The position numbers were made by a program, and so were the translations under genes. From NCBI RefSeq assembly GCF_006345805.1, contig NC_042999.1, positions 85,002,001 through 85,066,000 of the forward strand: a stretch of DNA of 64,000 bases, given 5' to 3'. Positions 11,231 to 25,923 of this stretch are shown here, piece by piece (the first letter of the stretch is position 1; each line of letters begins with the position of its first letter). Source of the DNA: Octopus sinensis (taxonomy: Eukaryota). The notes below the pieces were generated by a model that worked only from the letters and a program-made list of their open reading frames with translations, did no database searches and was not told the DNA's origin.

Positions 11231-12129
11231 TCTCCGCAGTCGCCATCGGCATCTTTATTATTATTATTGTTGTTGTTGTTGTTATTATTATTATTATTAT
11301 CATCATCATCATCATCATTATCAGTATAATCATCGTCATCATCATTATCGTCATTATCATTATTATTAAAAGCATCAGTACAGGGGTCGAGATACCCACT
11401 AATTTCCCTCCCCCTTATTATTATTATTTTTGTTTTGTTTTTTTTTAATTATAATTCAGTTCCTAGGGTATGTGCAGCATTGTTCATTGTTGTTTTATAT
11501 AATTGTAATTTACTATATCACTTTTCCTTTGCTGTGAGATTTGTTTTGTTCTTCCTCCTGTTATTTAGCTTCGGTACGAAAAATGAACAGGTGGTTTAAA
11601 CAGGAGATTACGCATCGTAAAGAGAGATTAGAACCGATTACTTCTATCTTTCTTTTTAAGACTCATAAAATATTACGTAACATTCCTCCTACAATTGTTG
11701 TGAATGCCCTTATTTGGCAAAGCAGTGGTAACCTCACTTCATAGAATACTGAGTTAACCATGCATACCTAATCTAGTAGACATGTATCTGGATTCCAAAA
11801 GTTGCAGTCTGGAGTGAGTTTTGCATTGGTATAGATGAAATAATGCTTTTCATATCAGGACCGCAACTGTAGCCACCCTTCATAGAGTCTCTAATAAAGT
11901 GTTTCTATATCTATGGCTTTTGGGAACATGCTAATCTATGAGAGCTAGGCATTTTTTACACACCTTCGTCCTAACACTTAAGAAAAAGTGGGGCTGAGTG
12001 AATAATATAACAGTCCGAGGTATATTTTAGGCCGGACTCTCGCTTTGGTCGGGGTGTATGAGGTTTTTTTCAAGTTACTATTAACCAGAGCTCTATTGTA
12101 GTTCGAGGTATCTTATGTAAAATTTCAGT

Positions 12130-12985
12130 AAGTTTGCAAGAGGTACGAACACCAAGACAGGTACAGAAAACTGCTGGTTGTGAATGAGGAGGAGTGACCT
12201 GAAGATACAGACAGAAGCGATTATATGCACAGCTCAAGAACAAGCGTTAAGGACCAACTACGTGGTTCTTAACACTACCGACAGCGAAAAATGAAGAATG
12301 TGTGGCAGAAACACTACCGACGGCGAAAAATGAAGAATGTGTGGTGAGAGGGGTGAAACGGTATGGGAACATCGTTAGCGAATGTCCGAAATTGGCACAA
12401 CCGGATTACAAAAGACATGACAATGTGGCAACAATGATCCATTGGGAGCTCTGTGGAAATCCCGGCCTACAAAGAACAAAGACATGGTATGAGAAAACCC
12501 TTGAAGTAGTCACCGAGAATGAGAATTGCAAAATTTTGTGAGATGCAATGATTCAGTGCGATCACTTGACCAGACATAGAAAACTTGACGTTGTTGTTGT
12601 GAATAAAAAAGAACATGCATGATAATCGGCATAGCATGTCCCGGTGACAACAGGTTCAAAGAGAAAGAAAATAAAATAAACAGCTATGAAGATTTGAAGT
12701 GGGAAATACGACGTCTGTGGTCAATGAAGAGAGTAGATGTGACACAAATGGTAATTGGTGCACTTGGAATTATCAGCACTCAAATACCAGCATAGCTCAA
12801 AAAGATTGATACAATTGGGGAGGCAGAACACCTACAAAAATCAGCATTGCTTGAAACTGCAAGAATTGTCCGCAGGGTTCTTGAAGCATAACCAGTAAAC
12901 AAGTGTCGCTTTAGTCTGCTGGCTGTGGACAGCTGACACTACCCATCATACCCAGCAAAATAAGCTGCTAGTTTTTATCATAGAA

Positions 12986-13016
<31 letters not shown>

Positions 13017-13042
13017 AGAAGAAGAAGAAGAAGAAGAAGAAG

Positions 13043-13080
<38 letters not shown>
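12130..13080 (+). mobile_element. R4/Dong-like non-LTR retrotransposon 3' fragment with (GAA)n(ACA)n tail
   Basis: Frameshifted DLKIQTEAIICTAQEQALRTNY, HIVSEC-like knuckle, YKRHDNVA, endonuclease segment, LQKSALLETARIVRRVLEA* (stop ~12890), then 3'UTR and microsatellite tail. Confidence 0.85.
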
Positions 13081-13081
<1 letters not shown>

Positions 13082-13588
13082 TCCTTCTAATTTTGGAGGA
13101 GGGATGAGTCAGTTACACCGAACCCAGTACTCACTTTATGAACCCAAATTATGAAAGGCAGGAACCAGGAAACACATAAGTATCAGGACTACAAAAATTG
13201 TTTCTCATGGGCACTACCCACATCTTAAGAAATGCACTATCAGCCTGAGAATATTTGACACTTTTCAACTATCTTATCAAAATCACAAATATTATAAGAA
13301 ACCTTCAACGGTTTCTAATTTCTCAATACTTGGAGTCCTTTCCGTGTAATATAACATGTTATTTCCATGTAATAACCATATATAACATTCACTGTAAAAT
13401 GTTCAACATGCTGTTACTTGAGGAGTTTGAGGTCTTTGAGTGAGACTTGGAACAGCTTGTATAACACAAAACGGCAACAAAGAAAAGATGATGAAGGAGA
13501 AGAAGAAGAGCAACAACAAAAACAACTACTACTACTAGTAGCAGCAGCAGTAGTAGTAGTAGTAGTAATAGTAGTATTGGTGGTGGTG

Positions 13589-13643
<55 letters not shown>

Positions 13644-13709
13644 CTTTCCTCCTATTCCTAGCTGATATTTAAAGTACCGGTTAAGTACTTGTATTATTGT
13701 TGTGTTGTT

Positions 13710-13925
13710 AAAGGCGATGAGGTGGCTGAATCGTTAGCACTGCGGGAAAAATGCTTAGCAGAATTTCGTCCATCTTTACATTCTGCGTTCAAATTCCGTC
13801 GAGGTCGACTTTGCCTTTCAACTTTTCGGGGTCGATAAAATAAGTACCCGTTGGTCACCGAGTTCGATATCATCGACTTACCCCGTATCCCGAAATTACT
13901 GGCCTTGTGTCAAATTTTGTTTCCA
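13710..13925 (+). mobile_element. SINE family B
   Basis: Head, GTTCAAATTCCG and GAGGTCGACTTTGCCTTTCA body as in the other copies. Confidence 0.85.
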
Positions 13926-14039
13926 TTTCTTGCCGAATGTCGTCCCGACAACTAGGGCCATTACACTAAACAAACCAGATTGTTCATTTTTAAAATGAAA
14001 TGAAGTTATACGAAAAGAAAAAATACATGGGAGGTAATC

Positions 14040-14440
14040 GTTCTCGCAGTGACAATGCTCTTCTCAATACGTGTGACGTAGCAGTTAAGACAATCTTTTG
14101 CACTTCTTGTATAGATGATAAACCACGGATCATTCTCAAATAAATTTTAGTTCCTTTTTTTATCATTCCAACTGCTCCCATAATCACTGGTATCGTAACC
14201 GTTTTCAATTTCAGTGAACAAATTTTTATATTTTCTGAGTTTGTCAAATTCTTTAGCCGAGATATTATGATCACAAGGAATTTTCATGACGATCAATAAA
14301 CAAGCAGTATTGTTTTGGTCTTTTGAAACAATATCCGGCAGTTTAGCTTTGATCGTTCTGTCTGTATGTACTGGAAAGTTCCAAAGAATCGTTACGTTTT
14401 CTCTCTCAGTTGCAGCCTCAGAGCGGTGATTTTACCATTT
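14040..14440 (-). mobile_element. R4/Dong-like endonuclease-domain fragment
   Basis: Minus strand ILWNFPVHTDRTIKAKLPDIV...VTIPVIMGAVG...VQKIVLTATSHVLRRALSL. Confidence 0.8.
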
Positions 14441-14477
14441 GTCAGCAGTTTTAATTTTATACTGCCGACGTATTAAC

Positions 14478-14890
14478 CATTATTATTATTATTATAAACC
14501 AACTCAGACTTGTGTACAATATCGTGAGGTTGTTCATTGCAGATATTGTCTACCGGGGTTTTCTACTGTTTGTGAAGTTACAACAAGGTCCTCAGACAGA
14601 CAGAACCCTTACACAATATGCGTGCAGTTCCAAGTAATGCCGACTTTTGCAATACATCTAGATTGTAGGGTATCTCTAAGGTTTTCAGATGGTTTTTTTT
14701 TTCAGATTGGGTAGTATTGAACCCAATGCTCCGATGACAATAGGGATAACCTTTATATAAGACTCTCGTAGCTGCCACATCTTAGCGATCTCAGTTAAAC
14801 AGGTTTCCATATTTATCAACTTTTTCTCTTTCTTTCATGATATGTTGATCTCCTGGCACTGCTACGTCGATTATTAAACACTTAAACACT
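14478..14890 (-). mobile_element. R4/Dong-like 3' fragment ending in (TAA)n
   Basis: IIDVAVPGDQHI...EKVDKY...VIGALG...LQKSALLGTARIL, then 3'UTR and short (TAA)n at ~14478-14493. Confidence 0.8.
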
Positions 14891-15009
14891 CTTTTTTGTC
14901 CCTCCTAACGTTTACTATATACAGCCTTCGGAGCTCTAACACTTTGTCTGTCTGGAAATAAAAGTCCCAGAGGATTTTTGCCTCCCCTTTTCGTCCATTA
15001 CCTTTTATA

Positions 15010-15350
15010 GTCCTGAGTTCAAATTCCGCTGAGGTTGACTTTGCCTTTCATCCTTTCAGGGTCGATGAAATAAGTACTAGTTATGTCCTGGGGGTCGATC
15101 TGATCCCTCCCCCAAAATTTCAATCCTTGTGCCTGTTGTTGTTGTTGTTGTTATCAATTGTAGCTGATTGTTTAGTAGAATTAATAGAGCGTCGGAAATT
15201 TCTATGCTATATCTATTGACGGCTCTCTACGTTCTGGATTTAACTCCCGCCGAGGTCGAATATGCCTTTCAAATAAAGTACGAATCAACCACTTAAATCG
15301 ATGTAATCGGCTGCTTCTCTTCCCAAATTTTCAGGACTTGTGCTGTCAAT
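15010..15350 (+). mobile_element. Two partial SINE family B copies
   Basis: GAGTTCAAATTCCGCTGAGGTTGACTTTGCC at ~15015 and a more diverged copy at ~15230. Confidence 0.7.
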
Positions 15351-15374
15351 GTTAAAAACAATTCAGAAATCCTC

Positions 15375-15437
<63 letters not shown>

Positions 15438-15438
<1 letters not shown>

Positions 15439-17625
15439 TATGTTTGACTTTTGCTTTATGTCTGTACAAGTTGGCTCCAAGTCTCACCCAGAGACCTCAA
15501 GAGACAACAGGTTGGAAGTTCACGTTGTTGTTATGCCTAGTGTGCCATATATTTGGGTTGTTTTTTTGGTGTTGTACTAGTGAATGCCTAATACATAAAT
15601 TTTTTTTTAATGTTTGTTTTAAACCTTGGGATTACATAGAGAGTATTTTGCGTAGGATATGAGCAGTTCCCATGAGCACTATCTTTTGAATTTCTGCCAT
15701 TTTGGGGTTTCCTGGTATCTGAGTTAGGTAGCAATCAGCCCCTTTTGCTATCATTCCCAGGGCACCTATGACAACAGGTGTTGTTTTAGTCTTCAGGTTC
15801 CACATTTTGCTGATTTCTATTTCAAGATCTTTATATTTGCTCAGTTTTTGGTAGGTCTTGACAGATACGTTTATATCGATTGGGACAGTCATATCAATGA
15901 GGAGGCATGTTCTTTGTCTGAAGTCTTTCACTATGATGCCTGGCCTATTTGCATCTATCTTTCTGTCAGTTTGGATGGTGAAGTTCCAGAGGAGTGAGAT
16001 GTGGTCATTTTTAAGCACTGGAGGTGGATTGTGTTCCCACCAGTTTTTTTTTTTTCATGGGGCAAATCCAGGTTTTTGCAAATTACCCAGTGAATATATT
16101 GTGCAGCTCTATCATGCCTGTTGAGGTACTCTGTAGGCGCTAGAAGACTGCATTTGGAGACAACATGATCAATGTTCTCATTTTGTTGTCGGCATACACG
16201 ACATGTTGGGCTACTGCCGTTCTTTAATATGTTGGCCTGGTAGTTTCTTGTTGGTAGGCATTGATCTTGAGCTACTATGATAAACCTTTCTGTTTCAGAT
16301 TTTAAGCCAGAGGCCATTAGCCATTGATGTGTCAGGGCTTTGTCAATATCTGCATTATTCGCTCTCTTTGGGTATTTGCCATAGAGAGGTTTTCCTTGCT
16401 ATTTATTATTCAGAATATCTAAGGCCGTAGTTTTGGCACGCGTTTTCATGCGCCTAGCTTTTTCTGTGCTTGTTTCTTGTATGTCTATCTCTAATTCCGA
16501 AATTGGTTGTATTCGGAATTCACTTAGATATTCCTTTGCCTGTTTTGTTACTGAGTATGATGCTTTCTTGTTTTCATGTTTTGAGATAAGTTTTAAGATC
16601 CAGTCCTCAGACTTTTTCAGGTAGGTGTCTAGGCCAATTGAAGCAATCTTCATTGTTATTGCCAGTTGCAAAAGACCACGGCCTCCCTCTTTTCTTGGCA
16701 GATAAAGTCGTTCTGCATCTGCCTTAGGGTGGTGCATTTTATGCATTGTCAACAGTTTTCTTATTTTTCTGTCGAGCTGACATATTTCAGTAATTGACCA
16801 GTTAACGATATTGAAACTGTAAGTCACGACTGGTATGGCTAATGCATTGATCGCTTCGATCCTGTTTCTTGCATTCAGCTCTGTCTTGAGTATTGCTCTC
16901 ACTCTTCGATAGCATTCTCTTCTGATCCTTTCCTTCATCTCTGAATGCCTTATTCCGTTCCCTTCAATTACCCCTAGGTACTTGTAGCTCTCCGCTGGGT
17001 CTAGTTCTTTTATCACATTCTGCTGGTCATGGTTAACGTTAGATGTTTCTGTCATTTTTCCTTTGATAAAAGTAGCTTTTGCACATTTATCGAGGCCGAA
17101 TTGCATTCTGATGTCGTCACTGAATTGTTTGACTATTGCTAGTAAGCCCTTGAGTTGTTGGTCATTTTTTGCAAAAAGCTTTAAATCATCCATGTAAATG
17201 AGATGATTTATATTTTTATCAAACATTTTATACCCGTACTGCGCGTCATTGAGCAGTTTTGAGAGAGGTATTAAGGCTAAACAAAAGAGGAGTGGTGACA
17301 GTGAGTCACCCTGGAAAATGCGACACGAAATTTTTACATCACCAGCATTTAGGGATTCATTGTCACTGTTCAGAGTTAGTGTGGTTCTCCATGATCTCAT
17401 ACTTACAGTCAAGAAGTTTCGCAGAGTCGGTGCTATCTTATACATTTCCAGGCATTTCCTAATCCAGCTATGTGGTAGGCTATCAAAAGCCTTTTTATAG
17501 TCTATCCAGGCTATTGATAAGTTTTTGTGTCGTTTGTGACAATCTTCTAAGATCATCTTATTGATGAGTAGTTGATCTTTACAGCCGTAGGATCCACGTT
17601 TACATCCTTTCTGTTCATTAGGGAA
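15438..17625 (-). mobile_element. 5'-truncated R4/Dong-clade non-LTR retrotransposon (RT + CCHC + restriction-like endonuclease) inside (TAA)n
   Basis: RT motifs [50 protein letters not shown]; CRVC...HVVSKC knuckle; RHD; RPGIIVKD...IDMTVP...KLSKYKDL. Flanked on both sides by (ATT)n. Confidence 0.93.
15632..17625 (-). pseudogene. Disrupted RT-endonuclease ORF of the R4/Dong element
   Basis: One in-frame TAG at 16399-16401 (continues in frame into ORF 15955-16317) and one frameshift at the poly-A run near 16045; natural stop at 15632. Confidence 0.88.
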
Positions 17626-17689
<64 letters not shown>

Positions 17690-17699
17690 GTTATTGTTA

Positions 17700-17731
<32 letters not shown>

Positions 17732-17911
17732 GTTATTGTCATTGCTATTGTTATGTTGTTGTTGTTGTTGTTATTGTTATTGTTATTATTATTATTATTA
17801 TTAATATTATTATTATTATTATTATTAATAATATTATTATTATTATTATTGTTATTATCATCATCATCATCATTATCATCATTATTATTATCATCATTAT
17901 TATTATCATCA

Positions 17912-17956
<45 letters not shown>

Positions 17957-17978
17957 ATTATTATTATTATCATCATCA

Positions 17979-18032
<54 letters not shown>

Positions 18033-18105
18033 CATCATCATTATCATGATCATGATCATCATCATCATCATCATCATCATTATTATTATTATTACTATTA
18101 TTATC
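17626..18105. repeat. Compound (ATT/GTT/ATC)n microsatellite
   Basis: About 480 bp of trinucleotide repeats; it accounts for the poly-N/I 'N-terminus' of ORF 16399-18273. Confidence 0.95.
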
Positions 18106-19439
18106 CCTTGTTAGGTGTAAGATGTAACTCGCTTCCTTCTCATTCATTTGCGCGGCATAGAAAACCCAGCTCCTACCTTCGTTTTTAGCGTGAGCCTCTT
18201 GTAGGGTTTCTGTCCAGAAGTGATTGAAAGACAGAGAAGAGAACATTGGCAATTTCATTAACAGGCCAAACATACCGGTGCACTTAGTGCATCACTGGCC
18301 GTAGCATCTAAAACTATTTGTGAGCTTATTTATTGAATGTATGGTAGTCTCTTTATCGTGTCCTTTTGATTCTTTTCTTAAGTCATATGCATTTTATACG
18401 TTGAATTGTGGCAGAGCATATTTTCATGTGTAATTTGTAGTTTTGTTTTCTTTTAAGTGTTGTTTTCTTTCTAAGAGATATTCTACTTCAATTTTGGGGA
18501 CTTTTTATTGCCTGTTATAAATCCCTGTACACTCACAAATGTGTTCGCTGAGAATTTTTTCTCACTTCTATACTTTTTACTCCACAGCTCATAAATCTCC
18601 TTTATAGTATTTCTGTGTGCTATATAGAGTGTTAATGGACAATAGGAACGTAACACTTAAATATAGTATTCATTGACCGACTTTCGCTTTTAATTTTGGA
18701 TGCTAGCAATAACAGACTGTCTTTTTGTTCGAAGTTAACTTTTTGAAAGGACGCTATTCCTAAACCACTTTTTATGTTAAATTTGCATAGTGGTTTCATT
18801 AAACTCACTAGCTGTTGTCATTGATGATGATGATTATGATGATGATGATGAGGAGGAGGAGGAGGAGGAAGAAAAGATGGAGAATACTGTGCGAAAATGT
18901 TTTTTTATTTAGCTTTTGTTGTTGATGAAGCTGATATTTTGTGACGCTTTTTTCCCTGATGTTTTTATCCGAGCCATTCGTAATGCCTAATCTATGCTTA
19001 TCTATCTTTTAAAATTCAGCTTTCTCATTACCCAAGTTACCCCATATAATGATTTTGTTCATAAAGTAAAATAACAAGGTCTACAGGTAAGTCCAGTTCA
19101 AAATATTTATTTACACCAGGATTGGTGTCTTTTTCAATAATTATCTTATTCCAAGTAGTGAATAGAAACATCAGGAACCGGCTATTGGTTTTTATGATTG
19201 TGTATCCCCCAGAGGGGCGATTTTTGACCCGCCAAATAATTTCGGTGGGCGTTAAATTTAATTGAACCAAATACAGCTCAACAAGATGGCGGATCGCGTT
19301 TTGAAAGAGTTGAGAAAAACAAAACAAATCCTCCTACCAATATGGTAATGGATGAAGGCTTCCTTCACCTTCCCTCCGTTACGGGCAACAATACAGAGGA
19401 AGAGGAGGAGAGAAGCAAGACAGTCATGATAAAATGTCC

Positions 19440-19525
19440 AGTTAACAGTAACAACAATAGTAGCAGAAACACTAACAGTGGTAGAAATGACAACAGCAGC
19501 AGCCGCAACAGTGACAGCAGCCGCT

Positions 19526-19608
<83 letters not shown>

Positions 19609-19830
19609 ATAGCAACAACAACCAGGAAAAAGACAGCAACGGCAGCGGCATTAGCGATAGCAGCAACGACGAGAGCAAAACTGACCATAGCAACAACAAC
19701 AAAACCAGTACCAACAACATCGATAAGAACAACAACAACGGCAGCAGCAGCAGCAACAAGAGTAACAACAACAAAAACAACAACGAGGACAATACCAGTA
19801 ACAATAACGAAAATGCATTCGCAACAGTAG
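19440..19830. repeat. Compound (AGT/AGC/AAC)n low-complexity tract
   Basis: Directly visible trinucleotide runs. Confidence 0.9.
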
Positions 19831-20004
19831 TTGTGAAGAAGAAAAAACTACGCTTTACCGTTGACCTCACAAATAGGGAGCAAGATGCTACCACAGGCAT
19901 GGAAACTAATAAAACAAGAGAAGACATAGCCAATCTGACAATCCCATCAGAGGCAATTAAAACAGAGGAAAGAAGAACAGTGCTTATCATCACCATTAAA
20001 GACA

Positions 20005-20185
20005 CGGGGAGCTGGAAGAATCATTAGCACACCGAACAAAATGCTTTGCGGCATTGAGTCCAAATTCCGCTGAAATAGACTTTGCCTTTCATTTTTTCGA
20101 GATTGATACCAGCTGAGCACGAGGGTGTGTCGAGGTAATCGACTATCCCCTTCCCACGAAATTTCAGACCTTATGCCTATAGCAG
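20005..20185 (+). mobile_element. SINE family B, diverged
   Basis: GAGCTGGAAGAATCATTAGCAC...GAGTCCAAATTCCG...GACTTTGCCTTTCA. Confidence 0.7.
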
Positions 20186-22244
20186 AAAGGATTATCGTTA
20201 TTTGAACGGAGTCATTCTGTGATTGATATAACTCTTAGAGCAACGGAACAAACGCACTGTGAAGTTTGTTTCAGCATATTCCGTTCTGAGCTCAAACCTT
20301 ATTGGGGGCTACTTATTGTATCATCCTTTCGTGGTTGATACACTAAACTGCCATCCAAGTACTGGAGTCGATATAATCAACTGTTCCCTCCGTCCGAATC
20401 TGAATCTTTTTACTTATGTTAGAAATGATTATTTAAAAGACTCGGTAATGTATGAGAATTTAGTTTGCGTATTTGATTACTTCCCTTTATGTTTTGAGTT
20501 TAAATCTTGCTAGGATTGACGTTACTTTTCATCTTTACAATGTCAATTAAATAAATACTGCTAAAGTACTAGAATCACTGCAACTTCTTAAAACTACCCA
20601 TTAAAAAAAATATAGCACTGTACCTTTGCTAAAAGTCATTATAATCGTTATAACCATTATCATCATCACCCCTATTTCCAATTATTACCGTTACTATTAT
20701 TGCCATTAGCTTAAAGACTTTTTCGAAACAAACACCAAATACTCCATTTCAAAACGAAATTAGATTTTTCTGTTTAAACTGCGATCACTTTGAGTTCAAA
20801 GATTGGCTTTTAAGTAGCCCTTTCCAATAACTTTAGGGGCTGTAACGAGTGACATACGGGGTCTTTTCAGGTCATTCAGCTTTCAGTTTTTTAATTACTT
20901 TTATGATTTTTTCAGAAATTTTCTTCCCACTGATTACGTGATTGATTATTCATTTGAAACCTTAAGAAAACGCATTCATCTTTAATCGGTTACATTTTTA
21001 GTAAAATTGAAAATTCTATTGTGAATGTTTCAATACTGAAATTTTCTGTCTTTGTGGTGAAGGGGTCTTGTAAATCATTCTTCTTCTTTTTCATCATCAT
21101 CATCATTATCAGCAGCAGTAGCAGTAGCATTTTCTTCATCTTTCACTACTACTGCTACTGCACTTTTTCTGTTTTTCCCAATTCTGTTCTTTATTCTTCT
21201 ATCTTCTGTCTGCTCACCTGCTGTCTTTTGTCTTGGCTTTTTTGTCTTTGATTTTCTATATCCTTTATAAAATTAATTTTCAAACGACACCTGTGGTTGT
21301 GGTTTTCTGCTGTGTATATTATATGATGTATTTAGTGTTGTCTACTCATAGTCAATAATTGAAAAACAAAAAAAGGTTGAGGCGATCAAATCAACGCAGG
21401 GTGCCTCTGTACTTCATTGACTGGCACAATAATGGTTTCAAATTTCGGCGTAATGATCAAAACATACTTTGATATAGTTGGAGTTGAACAGAGAATCTCA
21501 CACAGTCGGAATATAAAGATCAGCTTTTGTGGCTTTTTTTCAGAACCTCCATAACTGGGAATAAGAAGAGTGGGAGGAAGAAAAAGTAGGTATATAGTAT
21601 AATTCATTGGCCACCTAAAGATCGGAAACACATTTTTGAATAATTATCATAGAGTAGACTCCACTAAAGCACCATGGTCAGGATTATCACCCATGGTGAT
21701 AAACTTGGCCATTTCTGATGTGATATCAGCTTTTTGTAACAGTAACTGACAATCAAATTTCTCCCTGACACTTTCCTATCCTCTAGTCATAGAACGTTTT
21801 ATTTATTTGAGCTTTATTTATTTATTCATTTCTTACAGGATACTGTTTAGCAGCTATGGAGAGCGCATATAATTAAGCATTTGCGTGTCAAGGTGAAAGA
21901 ATATTATTTTGATGCAAATATTCCTTCCCTTTATCAGTAACCGCTTTCAACATAAAACTCAGCAATTCTCTAATTAATAATACTTAACTATGGTCTGTCT
22001 TGTGGCGGAGGTTTTCAAAATTAAATCATGCTTTCTTGAAATATTTGAGTAAAAATACAATCAATTCTTTGTATCCCTCGCATTCCCAGTTCGTTAATCC
22101 TTTATTCTTATTTTCTGCTCTAGTCAAGTCACTTTCAGAGAGAGGTGAAAGTAACCGTATTACAGAGAGACATGGTAACAGGTAACAACAATTGTATTGC
22201 CTTGCCAAACATGCTGTCAACATTTACGTTCTGCATATGCATAA

Positions 22245-22790
<546 letters not shown>

Positions 22791-23179
22791 GAATATATAC
22801 ACATATGTGTGTGTTTGCGTGTGTGTGCGCGCGCGTTCGTGCATTCGTGCTTGGGTACGTGCGTGTATGTGAGTGTGTTTGAGAGAGAGAGAGAGAGGGG
22901 ACTAGTTTATATATAGTTTGCTTTGCGCATGCGTTTCGTGAAATGCATCATTACTACATGGGTATTTTAAAGCTGCATATACAAAGGTTGCACAGTTAAA
23001 ATCTGAATGAGACAAGTGACCATCAACTATGCTGCCGGCAATGATCCTTAAACGATAAGCAATTTTCTAGGAGCTAAACTTAGTACAAACGCACACACAC
23101 ATATGAACTCATGCGCACATATATTCACACAAATATACACTTAGACACACATACATTTACACGCACACACAGTGACAGT

Positions 23180-23850
<671 letters not shown>

Positions 23851-23971
23851 AGATGCATACAGGGATGGGTGTAAATGCTGATAGCTTCTTCATGTCAAAA
23901 ATAATATATATATATATATAATCTATACATATACATATATATATAATCCTTACATACATACACATACATAC

Positions 23972-24023
<52 letters not shown>

Positions 24024-24070
24024 TATATATATATTATATATATATATAATATATATATATAATATATATA

Positions 24071-24108
<38 letters not shown>

Positions 24109-24120
24109 CATATATATAAA

Positions 24121-24276
24121 AAAATAAAAAATAAAAAAAACCTTGCCCAGACTTGTGCCTCAGAGGGTAACTCTCTGGGTGCAAACCCATGGTCAGTGTC
24201 TGACCGAAGGGGGTCAACAAATCAACATATATATTTATTTATATGGTCAGTGTCTGACCGAAGGGGGTCAACAAAT

Positions 24277-24324
<48 letters not shown>

Positions 24325-24420
24325 ATTTGTTGACCCCCTTCGGTCAGACACTGACCATGGGTTTGCACCCAGAGAGTTACCCTCTGAGGCACAAGTCTGG
24401 GCAAGGTTTTTTTTATTTTT

Positions 24421-24426
<6 letters not shown>
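24121..24426. repeat. Perfect 106-bp inverted repeat of a SINE-C/LINE-type 3' tail around (TA)20
   Basis: 24121-24226 is the exact reverse complement of 24321-24426; 24189-24226 is duplicated at 24243-24280; the arm resembles 29151-29226. Confidence 0.9.
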
Positions 24427-24464
<38 letters not shown>

Positions 24465-24748
24465 CATACATACATATACAAATATACATACACACACATA
24501 TATATGAATATATACATATACATACATATATATATACATAGATATATGTATATATACATATGAATATATATATACATATGTATACATATATGTGTGTGCA
24601 TATATATTGGTAACTCGGACACATTACGCTTTCACTTTGGTTATCCAAGTGGCGGATGTCAACGATTTTCATTGGACATGAAGTTGATTTATTGGTGTGT
24701 CTGGGGGGTAGTGGGTGTGTGTAACAGAGAGAGAGAGAGAGAGAGAGA

Positions 24749-24784
<36 letters not shown>

Positions 24785-25400
24785 AAATATAAATGTTTGT
24801 GAGGGTTGTGTATAGGAGCGCTTAAACGTCTGAAAGACCATTTTAGAAAAAGGTGTTACCCATTGATGTCGATATTGATAGCTTTCGGCTGATTGATTGC
24901 AAATAATGATTCCAGTTCCTTCAGTCTATATCTGGCTAAAAGCTTCATCTGTTGTGTCTCTTCTTCCTGAGTGCCTCGTTTAACTAAGACCATTGATCAA
25001 AACCTAACGACATTCTATCTATTTATCTGTCTGTCTCTATATATATATAAATATATGCCTCTATGTGTGTGTGTATATGTGTGTGTGTGTGTGCGCGCGT
25101 GTGTGCAGGCGTATAGTCCTTTGTTCGCTAGGTTACGATGAAGACAATTTTAATCCATTAATTTATGTGTGAATTCCTTGTTTATACGGCTTTTAAATAG
25201 TGCTTGACTGAGTGTGAAACCTTACGAACACATTGAGAAAAAGCGTATTTAAGGTGAAGGTGCACGATGACAACACCTTCAATGACTACGACGGAGGTGA
25301 TGGCGGTAGCTGACAGTGGTTGTGGTGGTGGTGGTGGTGGTGGTGGTTGGCCCGGCGGTGTGATTGGTGGCATGGCATGATGATGATGAGGGTGGTGTTG

Positions 25401-25433
<33 letters not shown>

Positions 25434-25851
25434 ATAGTGACGACAACGAAGCGACGACGAGGACTTGGATGATGATGATGATGATGATGAGGAGGAGGAG
25501 GAGGAGGAGGAGGAGGACCTCCGTTGATTGTAAGTATAGTACCTGTGAATTATTGTATTATTGTTGTTATCCTTTCATTTCTGTTGTTTATTTTTTTTTT
25601 TTCACTTTTCATCGACTTCGAATGGATGAAAACAAAAGCAATGTTGACACCCGATGTTATTTGATAACGGAAGCTTATAAGGAACGGAGCTAAATACAGT
25701 GAAATCATTTCGTCCGTAACTCTACGATATCCGCCGGAATCATTTATTTCAGTAATATGTTATATGTACGTGTGTGTATATGTGTGCATATATATACATA
25801 TATATGTCCTTATTTTATAAGATATATATATATACATATCTTTATAAAGAG

Positions 25852-25923
<72 letters not shown>

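Noticed and set aside
17626-18273. N-terminal ~215 aa of the 624-aa ORF (poly-N/D/I)
   Set aside because: This is read-through into the flanking (ATT)n array; the element is 5'-truncated at ~17625.
19037-19327. 96-aa minus ORF with LNLTPTEIIWRVKN, faintly like the Tc1/IS630 LNPIE.W motif
   Set aside because: No catalytic residues or other motifs recognisable; cannot be distinguished from chance.
19342-20027. Ser/Thr/Val-rich ORFs resembling a mucin-like protein
   Set aside because: Built from AGT/AGC/AAC microsatellites with no splice or domain evidence.
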